Below, one piece after another: positions 23,643-34,749 of a stretch of DNA of 64,000 nt (position 1 is its first letter; the number at the start of each line of letters is the position of its first letter). Under the pieces are notes generated by a model that saw only the letters and a program-made list of their open reading frames with translations, had not been told where the DNA came from and searched no databases. The DNA is from Planktothrix sp. GU0601_MAG3 (lineage in GTDB: Bacteria > Cyanobacteriota > Cyanobacteriia > Cyanobacteriales > Microcoleaceae): positions 3,060,578 through 3,124,577 of the forward strand of contig CP136572.1 of the NCBI GenBank assembly GCA_035193785.1. Reading direction: 5' to 3'. The position numbers and the translations under genes are program-made.

Positions 23643-25068
23643 ATGTACGAAAAAATCACTCCACCGACCACAGGCGAGAAAGTTACCTTCAAAAATGGCG
23701 AACCCATTGTCCCGAATAATCCGATTATTCCGTTCATTCGGGGAGATGGTACAGGGATTGACCTCTGGCCAGCCACCGAGAAGGTTTTAGACGCGGCGGT
23801 TGCGGCTTCCTACGGAGATCAACGTAAAATTAGTTGGTTCAAGGTCTACGCCGGGGACGAAGCCTGCGAACTCTACGGCACTTATCAATATTTACCGGAA
23901 GACACCACCACCGCCATCAGGGAATATGGTGTCGCCATTAAAGGGCCATTAACCACTCCCATCGGAGGCGGGATTCGGTCTTTAAATGTGGCATTACGAC
24001 AAATTCATGATCTGTATGCCTGTGTACGTCCGTGTAAATATTATACCGGAACTCCTTCCCCCCACAAAACCCCGGAAAAATTAGATGTGATTATCTATCG
24101 GGAAAATACCGAAGATATTTATTTAGGAATTGAATGGCGGCAGGGATCGGAAATTGCGGAAAAATTAATTCATTTTCTGAATACGGAGTTAATTCCGGCG
24201 ACTCCTGAACATGGGAAAAAACAAATTCGCCTTGATTCTGGCATTGGGATTAAACCTATTAGTAAAACCGGGTCTCAACGGTTAGTTCGTCGGGCTATTT
24301 ATCAAGCGTTGCGTCTACCTAAAAACAAACAAATGGTGACGCTGGTGCATAAAGGTAATATTATGAAATATACCGAAGGCGCCTTCCGCGATTGGGGTTA
24401 TGAACTGGCAACTACGGAATTTCGCAATGAATGTGTCACCGAACGGGAATCTTGGATTTTAGGGAATAAAGAAAAAAATCCCGATCTATCTTTAGAGGAT
24501 AATGCTCGTCAAATTGAACCGGGTTATGATTCCCTAACTCCTGAGAAAAAAGCTGAAATTTCTCAAGAAGTGGAAGGAGTTCTCAATACTATTTGGGAAA
24601 CCCACGGGAATGGGAAATGGAAAGAAAAAATTATGGTCAATGACCGGATTGCCGATAGTATTTTCCAACAGATTCAAACCCGTCCCGATGAGTATTCTAT
24701 CCTGGCTACGATGAACTTAAACGGGGATTATTTATCCGATGCGGCTGCCGCCATGGTCGGAGGTTTAGGCATGGGCCCAGGGGCAAATATTGGCGATGAA
24801 TGTGCTATTTTTGAGGCAACCCATGGCACTGCACCCAAACACGCCGGACTGGATCGGGTTAACCCAGGATCTATGATTTTATCGGGAGTGATGATGTTAG
24901 AATATATGGGTTGGCAGGAAGCCGCTGATTTGATTAAAAAAGGGTTAAGTGGAGCGATCGCTAATCAAGAAGTCACTTATGATTTAGCTCGGTTAATTGA
25001 AACCGCCTGTTACACCCTTGAAATGTTCAGAATTTGCCGATGCAATTATTAAGCATTTCAATGATTAA
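23643..25068 (+). CDS. icd: NADP-dependent isocitrate dehydrogenase
   Basis: [34 protein letters not shown]-terminus [17 protein letters not shown] restored at 24999-25003. Confidence 0.95.
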
Positions 25069-25072
25069 TTTC

Positions 25073-25146
25073 GTAGTGAGTCCTTTAGGACTCTAATTAA
25101 GCCCTGAAGGGCTTACTACTATGTAGTGAGTCCTTTAGGACTCTAA
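25073..25146. repeat. REP/BIME-like cluster of three GTAG-footed hairpins
   Basis: GTAGtgagtcctttaggactc x2 around inverted taagccctgaagggcttaCTAC. Confidence 0.8.
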
Positions 25147-25235
25147 TCTTTTTAATCATCTCAATCTTCTTCCGTAGCCAGTTAATATTAGATTGTGATA
25201 AAATCAGTTAAATTGTACGGATAAATAATCAAAAT

Positions 25236-25397
25236 ATGAAAATTAAAGTCATTGTTTGGCAAGAAGATAATGTTTGGTGTGCGAGTGTTCCGGCGTTACC
25301 CGGTTGTCATACTTGGGGTGAGAGTTATGAACATTTAATGGAAATGGTGAAAGAGGCGATCGAAGGTTGGTTAGAAGTTGCTAGTGAACAACAGTAA
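25236..25397 (+). CDS. HicB-family antitoxin (53 aa, possibly truncated; not in ORF track)
   Basis: MKIKVIVWQEDNVWCASVPALPGCHTWGESYEHLMEMVKEAIEGWL; no hicA partner seen. Confidence 0.75.
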   Translation: MKIKVIVWQEDNVWCASVPALPGCHTWGESYEHLMEMVKEAIEGWLEVASEQQ

Positions 25398-25505
25398 CAC
25401 CTGAACTGTGTTAAAAAAGCGATCGCACATCCAACTTCCCCACAAAAATGATAAAATGCTATAATCTGCTCGGACTGTTTTATCAAAAACTTGAAATAAT
25501 ATTTT

Positions 25506-25709
25506 ATGGCTATGAACGTTGAACAAATTGAAAAGGCAATTTTAAATCTTTCTGAACAAGATTTTAGTAAATTACGCAATTGGTTATTAGACTTAGATTA
25601 TCAACAATGGGATAAACAGTTAGAACAAGATATAATAAAGGGTAAACTTGATGATATAGCCTCTGAAGCACTTGCTGAATTTGAAGCCGGAGATTATCAA
25701 GAAATGTAA
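25506..25709 (+). CDS. putative antitoxin
   Basis: WDKQLEQDIIKGKLD motif; TAATG coupling to a toxin-like frame; paralog of 28622-28843. Confidence 0.7.
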   Translation: MAMNVEQIEKAILNLSEQDFSKLRNWLLDLDYQQWDKQLEQDIIKGKLDDIASEALAEFEAGDYQEM

Positions 25710-25971
25710 TGCACTATACTAATCGCAAATTTTGGTTACTTTATAATCAGCTACCTGAAGATATAAAACAGATAGCAGATTCTTCTTATGAATTTATGAA
25801 TTATTAAAAACTAATCCTAATCATCCTTCGTTACATTTTAAGAAAGTTAATAAATATTGGTCTGTAAGAGTGGGAAAAGCTTATCGTGCGTTAGGAATTG
25901 AAGTCAAAAATGGAATTTTATGGTTTTGGATTGGTACTCATGCTGAATATGATAGATTAATCGGTAAATAA
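25709..25971 (+). pseudogene. RelE/ParE-like toxin disrupted by an 8-bp duplication
   Basis: FWLLYNQLP...HPSLHFKKV...WSVRV...YRALG...WFWIGTHAEYD; TATGAATT duplicated at 25787-25802. Confidence 0.75.
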
Positions 25972-26058
25972 AAGCGATCGCATTTCAACACCTGAACTGA
26001 GTTAAAAAAGCGATCACTGTTTTGATGGAAATATTAGGCAAATTTATTGATATAAAAA

Positions 26059-26953
26059 CTATTCATGAGACTTACCATTAGGCATTACTGTACCCGTTAG
26101 GATAGTTTCCTTCTAGGTTTGCACCTCCTAAATTTGCACCAATTAAATCTGCATCACTTAAGTCAGCCCCACTTAAGTTTGCATTTGTTAGAATTGCATT
26201 TCTTAAGATTGTATTTTTAAGATTTGCTCCTTGAAGATTACTATCAGTTAAATTAGCTTGATGCAAAATAGCTCGATTTAAGTTAGCATAACTTAAATCT
26301 GAATTGCTTAAATCGACATTGCTTAAATGAGCTTTTTCAAGATTTGCACCAATCAAAATTGATTTCCGAATCAAACTACCATCTAATTTAGCACCTTTTA
26401 AATTGGCATCATTGCTTAAGTCTACACCACTCAAATCAGCCTTTACTAAACTGACATCTTTTAAATTTGCTCCTTTCAAATCAGCACCTTTAAAATTAGC
26501 TCCGCTTGCTAAAGCAGGATTCAATCCGCTAAGTTTAGCTTGGCGTAAATTTGCGCCCGTAAAATTAGCATTAGTTAAAACTGCATCACCTAAGTTAACC
26601 TTAAATAAACTAGCATTGCTTAAATCAGCATTGCTTAGATTACTACTTCCTAAATTAGCATTTCCTAAATCGGCATTTTTCAAAATAGCAAAACTCAGAT
26701 CACTGTAACTCATATCTGCACTATTCAAGTTTGCCTCACTAAAATTCACGCCACTCAGATCTGAAAAACTTATATCAGCTTTTTTCAAATTATGTTTACT
26801 TAAATCAGAAAAACTTATATCGCAAAATGGACAAAAATCACTCCCTAATAACTTATTAACATCCTTAGTATTAGATGCGTTTGCAGAACTTAAAAAGTTA
26901 CAATATACTAAAGCTATTATGAAAAATAAGGCGACAAATTTTTTGAATTTCAT
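26059..26953 (-). CDS. exported pentapeptide repeat protein
   Basis: Signal peptide, CPFCD, A(D/N)LxxA repeats; MPNG C-terminus restored at 26105-26109. Confidence 0.9.
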
Positions 26954-27065
26954 GGTTTTTTTTGCAAATAACTAATGTATCATTATAGACAATAACATGA
27001 GAACATTTTTAAGTCAATAATTAACCAACTTAATAACTTAATGACATCAAATCTCAAATATTGCT

Positions 27066-27160
27066 TTTATTCATTGAGACAGCTAGATTCTAAAATTTCC
27101 TCTAAACTAAACGGCGACTCCTTATGGAAAAAATTCATTCAATTTAATACCCGTTTCCCC
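27066..27160 (-). pseudogene. remnant resembling a DUF29 C-terminus
   Basis: ETGIKLNEFFHKESPFSLEEILES with no upstream frame. Confidence 0.35.
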
Positions 27161-27423
27161 CAGGGCGTTTTCATTTTCAAAAATGCGATGCCACAAAGCG
27201 GCGGCTACGCCATCGCTATCTTCAAAAAAATCATCAAGTTTTCCGGTCAAATTCTCTCTAATTTTTATCAAATAAGTTTGAAACTATCAAGAATGAACGA
27301 TTTTGATATTTATTGACAGTAATGGAGGGACAAATTTTAATTACAGAAGAACAGTTGATAACTTTATTATCAGCATTAATTGTAAATTTTTTAATCGAAG
27401 GATTGTGCAAATAGCATTTTTAA

Positions 27424-27873
27424 TTAAATTTCTTGCCATTCTCTAGCGTCAACAAATAAAGATAAATGCTTTTTATTAGTTGTTGCCACAATTACCTCAT
27501 GTCCTAAATTAGCTACTAAAATAGCTTGTGATTCTAAAATAACATCACCATCTAAGGCTTTATTATCGGCTGTTGGTTTACCTTTTTTTCTAGCTTCAGC
27601 CCATAATTCTGCGGCTTTTAACATGACTTCTGTGGTAATAGGAAGATAAATAATTTCTGATTTTAATTGCTCTAATTTTCTAATACCTGAAAGTTTATTC
27701 GCTCTTAATAATTCCCGTCTAATTTCATAATCTATAATTTCGGATAAAATTACTTGATAACCTCTTTGAGAAAGACTTAAAAACCATTGTTGACATTGTA
27801 CTGCTAAAGGCATCGATTTAGGATTAGTAATTAATCCCACTGGTGCAGAATCTAATAAAATAACTTGACTCAT
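27424..27873 (-). CDS. PIN-domain (VapC-like) toxin
   Basis: ILLDS, EIIDYEIRRELL, ALDGDVIL, ATTNKKHL. Confidence 0.85.
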   Translation of the reverse strand: MSQVILLDSAPVGLITNPKSMPLAVQCQQWFLSLSQRGYQVILSEIIDYEIRRELLRANKLSGIRKLEQLKSEIIYLPITTEVMLKAAELWAEARKKGKPTADNKALDGDVILESQAILVANLGHEVIVATTNKKHLSLFVDAREWQEI

Positions 27874-28175
27874 TAAATTGAAACACCCTCAAGAGACTCA
27901 ATAATTTTTAAAGTTTCTTTTTGTTCATTTTCATCATCTAATTCAGCCCAAGACTCAAATAATTGTTTAATCTTTTCTGGATTTTTCTCACCATTATTAA
28001 TTTGATTAATAGCATTATCCCAAGCATTAATAGATGTTTGTTTTGTCAGCACACTCTGACGAAATAAACGCACAAAAGTCAATAACTCTGGTATATATTC
28101 TTCAGGAGTTTGTTCGATTTCTGTTAATAAATCAAGTCGTTGTTTTGTTGCTGTAATTTTATAATTATTCATCAT
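27873..28175 (-). CDS. putative antitoxin
   Basis: TAATG-coupled upstream of the PIN toxin; 100 aa. Confidence 0.65.
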   Translation of the reverse strand: MMNNYKITATKQRLDLLTEIEQTPEEYIPELLTFVRLFRQSVLTKQTSINAWDNAINQINNGEKNPEKIKQLFESWAELDDENEQKETLKIIESLEGVSI

Positions 28176-28386
28176 TATTTACCTCGATTTTTTAAATTTC
28201 GGCTAAGGTAAGTCCATAAAAGGTGATGTTTTTAGGCTTATCCCTAAAATTATACTACTTTATTGTCGCAGGAGCAATGGCCAAAGTATAGCAGGGAGTA
28301 GGAAAATGGTCACAACAGATGTTACTCATTAACATAACTAAATTCTACAGTTTCCTTTAAACTAAACGGTGACCGCTTAAAATAAA

Positions 28387-28647
28387 TTAATTTAAAATAT
28401 TGTCATATTGGTTATGATTTCCAACCCAAAACCAATAATAATCATCGCCTTTTTTAATTGCTAAGGCTCTATAATCATTAGTTATACGCACAGACCAAAG
28501 ATTTTTACCTACTTTTTTAAAGTGTAAAGAAGGATGTAAAGAATTTTCTGTCCATAATTGATAAGCTCTTTTTACAGATTGTTTTAGATCGGGTGATAAA
28601 TCACTGTAGGCTTTCCAAAAATCAGGCGTTGTTAAGGATTTCATCAA
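28387..28647 (-). CDS. RelE/ParE-like toxin
   Basis: FWKAYSDL...HPSLHFKKV...WSVRI...YRALA...WFWVGNHNQYD. Confidence 0.8.
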   Translation of the reverse strand: MMKSLTTPDFWKAYSDLSPDLKQSVKRAYQLWTENSLHPSLHFKKVGKNLWSVRITNDYRALAIKKGDDYYWFWVGNHNQYDNILN

Positions 28648-28843
28648 TTTCTTTAGTGTTATTTTCTAAAATATCTGCTTCTGCTTTAGCAATTATTTGA
28701 TCTAATTTGCCTTGAGCTAAATCAATTTCCATCTGTTGATCCCATAAATCATCTACATAATTATTAAGCCATTGAGCTAATTGATGAATTTCATGGTTTG
28801 GTAATTGTTTGATTTTTGTTTCAATTTCTTGTAAATTAGACAT
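28622..28843 (-). CDS. putative antitoxin
   Basis: WDQQMEIDLAQGKLD; overlaps the toxin start. Confidence 0.7.
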   Translation of the reverse strand: MSNLQEIETKIKQLPNHEIHQLAQWLNNYVDDLWDQQMEIDLAQGKLDQIIAKAEADILENNTKEIDEILNNA

Positions 28844-29076
28844 GATTTTAATTCACTATTATTGTAATTATTTTTACATTATATCCTATTTGATCAAAGT
28901 GCAGTTTGGGTTACGCTTCCCTTATATTCGAGAACATGAGTTAATCATGGTTAATCGCCTTTAATTTATCATTTATGATTAAAAAGGAGAGGGGAGTAAG
29001 AGTATTACTTATGATCACACCACCAGTATATAAAACAATTCCCCCATTCCCTTGTAGGGAAGGGGGGTTAGGGGGG

Positions 29077-31683
29077 TTAGGTCAACGCCGGAATACCCAA
29101 AATATCTTCAATTTTCGGCATTTCTTCTAAGGGAATTACCCGACCTTCATCTTCAAATCCCGCAATTTGATCAAAGTTCAAATAACGGTATAAATCCGCC
29201 GCAAACGGGTCAACTTTCTTAGTCACAATTTCCCGATATTCTTCAACCGTTGGAATCCGTCCTAACAACGCACAAACCGCCGCTAATTCCGCCGAACCTA
29301 AATAGACTCGTGCATCCTTACCCATGCGGTTATTGAAGTTACGAGTCGAGGTTGAAAACACCGTTACCCCATCAGCAACTCGCGCCTGATTTCCCATACA
29401 AAGGGAACATCCCGGCATCTCCGTTTCTCGCCCCAACAGCATCAAAAACCTCATAAATTCCTTCATCCCGCAATTGCTTTTCATCCATGCGAGTTGGGGG
29501 ACAAATCCACAGACGAACACTGGTTTTTGGCGCCCCTTCTAATATCTTCGCAGCCGCCCGATAATGCCCAATATTCGTCATACAAGAACCAATGAACACC
29601 TCATCAATTTTGTCTCCCGTACATTCCGACATTAACTTAATATTATCGGGGTCATTGGGAGCCGCCACAATCGGTTCTTTGATCAGGTTCAAATCCACTT
29701 CAATAATATCAGCATATTCCGCATCGCTATCGGCCGCCATTAACACCGGATTTGCTAACCATTGTTCCATTTTAGCCACCCGTCGCATCATCGTTCTGGC
29801 GTCTTGATAACCCCGGGCGACCATATTAGTCATCAGAGCTACATTAGAACGCAAATACTCGGCAATGGTTTCTTGACTGAGCTTAATCGTAGACCCAGCA
29901 CAGGAACGTTCGGCCGTGGCATCGGTTAATTCAAAGGCTTGTTCCACCTTTAAATCCGGTAAACCTTCCATTTCCATAATCCGACCATTGAAAACATTTT
30001 TCTTGTTTTCCTTCGCCGTGGTTAACTTGCCTTGCTGCATGGCGACATAGGGAATGGCGTTAACAATATCCCGCAGGGTAACACCCGGTTGTAATTCTCC
30101 TTTAAATCGGACTAACACCGATTCCGGCATATCCAAAGGCATCACCCCGAGTGCTGAAGCAAATGCTACCAACCCCGAACCCGCCGGGAAGGAAATCCCC
30201 AAAGGAAAACGGGTGTGGGAGTCGCCGCCAGTTCCCACCGTATCGGGTAACAACATCCGATTTAACCAAGAGTGAATAATCCCATCCCCCGGACGCAGGG
30301 CCACACCGCCACGAGTCGAGAAGAAATCGGGTAATAGTTGATGGGTTTTGATGTCAACGGGTTTGGGGTAGGCGGCGGTATGACAGAAACTCTGCATCAC
30401 CAAATCGGCGGAAAATCCCAAACAGGCGAGTTCCTTGAGTTCGTCCCGGGTCATGGGGCCAGTGGTATCCTGGGAAACCTACGGTGGTCATCAACGGTTC
30501 GCAGGATGTCCCCGGACGTACCCCCGCCAACCCGCAGGCTTTTCCGACCATTTTCTGGGCGAGGGTGAAGCCTTTTCCGGTGTCTTCGGGTAGGGAGGGA
30601 CGGACAAATAAGGTGCTGGGTGCAAGTCCCAAGGCGGCGCGGGTTTTATCGGTTAAGCTGCGACCAATTAACAGGGGAATCCGACCCCCGGCCCGGACTT
30701 CATCTAAAATCGTATCGGGTTTGAGGGTAAAGGTGGAAATCACGTCTCCGGCTTCATTAGTGATTTCACCGTTGTAGGGATAAATGGTAATCACATCCCC
30801 GGTATTCAGTTGACTCACATCACATTCGATGGGCAGGGCTCCGGAGTCTTCGGCTGTATTAAAGAAAATCGGGGCAATTTTTCCCCCTAGAATATAACCC
30901 CCAGAGCGTTTATTGGGAACGTAGGGAATATCATTGCCAATGTGCCATAACACGGAGTTAATCGCGGATTTCCGAGATGAGCCTGTACCAACTACATCTC
31001 CGACATAAGCGACGGGGTGCCCTTTTTTCTTCAATTCAGCTAGGGTTTCTAACCCCCCGGGTATCCGACTTTCTAACATCGCTAGGGCGTGTAAGGGAAT
31101 ATCGGGGCGGGTGGTGGCGTGGGTAGCGGGAGAAAGATCATCGGTGTTGGTTTCCCCTGGGACTTTAAAAACAGTCACGGTAATGCTTTTGGCTAGTTTC
31201 GGACGTCCGATAAACCAAGCTGCATTTGCCCAAGCATCAATCACTTGTTTAGCAAAGGGGTTTATCTCTGATAAATACAGAACATCGTTAAAGGAGTCGA
31301 AGACTAACAGGGTTTTGCTGAGGGCCGTGGCGGCGGAGGCGGCAATATTCTCATCCGGTGCTTTAAGTAAGTCGATTAGGGACTGGACGTTATAGCCCCC
31401 CACCATTGTACCTAACAGAGAAACGGCGCCTTGATGGGAAATTAGGGGGCTGGTGATTTCGTCTTTAGCAATAGCCGTTAAGAAGGCGGCTTTGACATAG
31501 GCCGCTTCATCGACACCGGGGGGGATGCGGTCTCGGAGCAAGGTCATCAAGAATTCTTTCTCCTCCTCCGGCGGGTTTTTCAAGAGTTTCGCAGAGTTCG
31601 GCGGTTTGTTCGGCGTTGAGGGGAAGGGGCGGAATTCCCAGTTGGGCGCGTTCTTCGGCTTGTTCACGATAGGCTTGTAGCAT
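29077..31683 (-). CDS. acnB: aconitate hydratase B
   Basis: Start [22 protein letters not shown] at 31683; [31 protein letters not shown]; extra bases at 31586, 30474 and 29423. Confidence 0.95.
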
Positions 31684-31826
31684 TGGTTAGGGTGTTCTCC
31701 TGTAATACCTTGATTGTAGTTATTGTATTGTAATAGGAAGTTTGCGGGAGTTACTGGTAAACGGATTTTCAATAAAAGATGATTTATAGATTATGATCTA
31801 ATTAATAGTTGTTTGGGCAAGTAACT

Positions 31827-32042
31827 ATGGTTACAAAAAAAATGATTCAAGAAAAAATAGCGGATTTAACAGAAGAACAACTTAATCAAGTTTATGACAT
31901 GATTGAACAATTAAGTGGTTCAGAAAGTACGGTTAAAAAAACCAGTTTAATGTCTGAATTACAAAAAATATCAATTGATGCTCCCGAAGATTTCTCGGCT
32001 CAAATTGCCATTAGTTTAGGGAGAGATGTGAGTGAGGACTAA
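31827..32042 (+). CDS. putative antitoxin
   Basis: SLMSELQKISIDAPEDFS; overlaps a PIN remnant. Confidence 0.6.
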   Translation: MVTKKMIQEKIADLTEEQLNQVYDMIEQLSGSESTVKKTSLMSELQKISIDAPEDFSAQIAISLGRDVSED

Positions 32043-32133
32043 AATTTTTGTTGATACTCTGTTTATAATTGCTTTAATTAATAAACGGGATCAATATCAT
32101 TAAAAAGCCTTAGCATTAGCTATACAATTTTAA
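32032..32133 (+). pseudogene. truncated PIN/VapC toxin
   Basis: GTG RTKIFVDTLFIIALINKRDQYH*KALALA then lost. Confidence 0.7.
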
Positions 32134-32214
32134 ACTTAACAAGCATCTATTATAAGATGATGAAATCGCTATTTCATAGGGAATTTGAGATGCGATCGCT
32201 CAGAAACCCGGTTT

Positions 32215-32751
32215 CTATTCTTCACGATAGCCCAGTAGTCTTTTATTTTCTAATCTGGCTCCCTCTTCCAACCATTTGATAGAATCAGATTCTTTGTCAG
32301 GATTTAACCATAGAATTACTTTAATTTCAGGTAGATTTTCTGAAGATTCTGATAAATAAATTCTGACTTTATCATCTAATGATATAATAATTTTATCGGT
32401 AGTGATCGCTGCTTCTACAAGACAAATATCTTTCCAAATTGCTTCTCTGGCTTTATAAGTTATATCTAACTGTTCAAATTTATTCCTTAATTCAGTTAAC
32501 GTTACATTCTCACAATATTTATACTTTCTTCTGGCTATCATGCTAACTCGCCATTTTCTAGCAAATGTTGATTCATGTTTATTCCATTCTGCTTTTAATT
32601 CATCAGTCATTACCATAGAATGACATATTTTTAAAATAGCATTTAAAAAATCACGACAGTTCTTTGAAGTTGGATGTTTAGCGTCTTCTCCACCACAAGA
32701 ACGAGCAACAGAAGCATCAATAACTAAATATTTTGATTGTTTATTCTTCAT
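32215..32751 (-). CDS. hypothetical protein, PIN-like fold predicted
   Basis: LVIDASV...KDICLVEAA...IISLDD acidic pattern; starts 5 nt after the ATPase stop. Confidence 0.6.
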   Translation of the reverse strand: MKNKQSKYLVIDASVARSCGGEDAKHPTSKNCRDFLNAILKICHSMVMTDELKAEWNKHESTFARKWRVSMIARRKYKYCENVTLTELRNKFEQLDITYKAREAIWKDICLVEAAITTDKIIISLDDKVRIYLSESSENLPEIKVILWLNPDKESDSIKWLEEGARLENKRLLGYREE

Positions 32752-32756
32752 TAAAG

Positions 32757-34163
32757 CTAGTTAGATTCATTCATAAGTTTTAATTCTGCCGCATCTAAAT
32801 AGCGACTTTCTTCTTGTAAATCAACTTCGCTAAAATCTTCGGGCCAATCTCCAAATGTGCCTGCTTTATCTAAATCAGCCGTTGTTATATTTGTACAACC
32901 TTCTTGATCACGAGTAAACCAATGTAACTTAATCTTATCAGGTTTAATTTTATCTTCTGCAATTAACGATTGAATTCGTTTTAAAATCAAGTCACTATGA
33001 GTTTCTATCACAACTCTTACCCCTCTATTCGCCGATTCTACTAATATATCAGCTAAGGCAGCTTGAGCGCGAGGATGCAAATGAATTTCTGGTTGTTCTA
33101 GGTAAACTAATTGTCCAGGTTTAGCAACTAATAACGCAACAAGAGCGGGTAAAGTTTGAGAAACACCAAAACCTACATCAGCAATGCTAACCATCTCTGT
33201 AGATTTATTTTTAGGATTAAAATTACAAGGAAGTCGAGCCACTCTAATTTCAACTTGAGTATCATTAATCTGTTTAGTGTCAACTTTACCTGTTAACCCT
33301 AAATCACTTAAGTATTTAGCTAAGTCTTTAAGTTTAGAAGATTTTGTTATTTGCCAATTATTAATCACACTAGCGACATAATTCTCAAAAGTACCTGGAA
33401 ATTGTTCCCCAATTGCTGTTACTGGATAAGTCCGTTCTGGATTTCCCCTTAAACCTGGTACATGAATAATACTACGAATATGTTCTTCTAATACTCTTAA
33501 GTCATTAAAGCCAAAAAATGTTGACAATAAAGAGTCTATATCTGGAACTAAAATCATTGTAAAATCTAAAAAACATCTAATTCTTTTCACGCTTAAAATA
33601 TTTTTTTTTTGTAATTCCTGATTATCATTATTTTTCAATGATTCTTGGTAAACTTTTGATACTTCTTGATAAAAACTTTTGGCTTTTTCTGGTAAATACT
33701 TTTCAATTTCTTCTTGATTCATATTTTTATGTAAAACTATTTCTGGCTCGTTTTTTTCTTGATAAACCATTTGTTTTATGTCAATATTTTTAGTCGTTTT
33801 ATAAAAATCAAGTCTAATAGAACGAGATTGATTTATTTCGGTTTCAATAGAAAAATCTTTATATTTTTTAGAAGATAGTTTAGAAAAAACTTGTTCTGTA
33901 GATGTAAACTTAACATTAGCACCATTTAACAATAAAGCCCCTGGATCATAAGTTGATTCCAAGGTTTGTTTGAGCAGAAGTAAGGGTTGTACAATACTAG
34001 ATTTACCTGAACTATTAGCTCCTGAAAGTATTGTTAAATTTTGAATTTCTATAGAGCAGGGATTGGCAATAGATTTATAGCCACTAACAGATATTTTAGT
34101 AATCCCTTCAAATTTTTCATTTTTTAATTTTGTAGAATTACTTTTTTGAACTGATTTAGCCAT
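32757..34163 (-). CDS. ABC-type AAA ATPase (AAA_15/AAA_21, DUF3696-like C-terminus)
   Basis: GANSSGKS, DVGFGVSQ, LEQPEIHLHP, ETHSD, WPEDF. Confidence 0.85.
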   Translation of the reverse strand: MAKSVQKSNSTKLKNEKFEGITKISVSGYKSIANPCSIEIQNLTILSGANSSGKSSIVQPLLLLKQTLESTYDPGALLLNGANVKFTSTEQVFSKLSSKKYKDFSIETEINQSRSIRLDFYKTTKNIDIKQMVYQEKNEPEIVLHKNMNQEEIEKYLPEKAKSFYQEVSKVYQESLKNNDNQELQKKNILSVKRIRCFLDFTMILVPDIDSLLSTFFGFNDLRVLEEHIRSIIHVPGLRGNPERTYPVTAIGEQFPGTFENYVASVINNWQITKSSKLKDLAKYLSDLGLTGKVDTKQINDTQVEIRVARLPCNFNPKNKSTEMVSIADVGFGVSQTLPALVALLVAKPGQLVYLEQPEIHLHPRAQAALADILVESANRGVRVVIETHSDLILKRIQSLIAEDKIKPDKIKLHWFTRDQEGCTNITTADLDKAGTFGDWPEDFSEVDLQEESRYLDAAELKLMNESN

Positions 34164-34234
34164 GATTTTAATTGCAATAAAAAAAACAATGTAAAGATTA
34201 TATCACAAATTTTAATTCTGTAGATTATAACAAA

Positions 34235-34492
34235 TTATTCTGCATCAATACGCTCCCACATTTTTTCTAAAGGAATTCTTTGTCCAGATTTCATTTCATG
34301 TAACGCTCGTCTTAAACTGGCTTTTATTTCTTCTACAGGGGTATCATCAGGATCAGATTCTAATTCATCCTGCGGATAAACTAAAACAATCACTTTCACC
34401 CGACTCGGTGTATGAATATTCAGGTGATGATCTAAAACTAATTGTCCTTTTTCATCCACTGTTCCCATGACTTCAAATGCTTGCATGATCAA
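34235..34492 (-). CDS. small hypothetical protein, antitoxin-like orphan
   Basis: GTVDEKGQLVLD...SLRRALHEMKSGQRIPLEKMWE. Confidence 0.6.
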   Translation of the reverse strand: MIMQAFEVMGTVDEKGQLVLDHHLNIHTPSRVKVIVLVYPQDELESDPDDTPVEEIKASLRRALHEMKSGQRIPLEKMWERIDAE

Positions 34493-34749
34493 GTCTCCCG
34501 TAACGGTTTACCCCGTATTATTATAGCAAATTTTATTAAATCAGGATCGGGTATAAAGTGCGATCGCCTAGATATCCTGTTTCCAGACTAACAACAAAAC
34601 TTTTAATCAATATTAATACTTACCCTCAACTTCAAGAGCCAACATAAATCGGTAATATGTTACAAAAGATTAACCCGCTTGATTAACTGATGATCAATAG
34701 TAATATTTGGGTTAGAATCGGGTCTAAAATAACAAACGAGAGGATAATT

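Noticed and set aside
27041..27316. 91-aa plus-strand ORF
   Set aside because: Overlaps an antisense DUF29-like remnant and a short palindrome; no protein features.
31684..31772. N-terminal extension of AcnB in the ORF track
   Set aside because: Wrong-frame read-through caused by the insertion at 31586; the true start is 31683.
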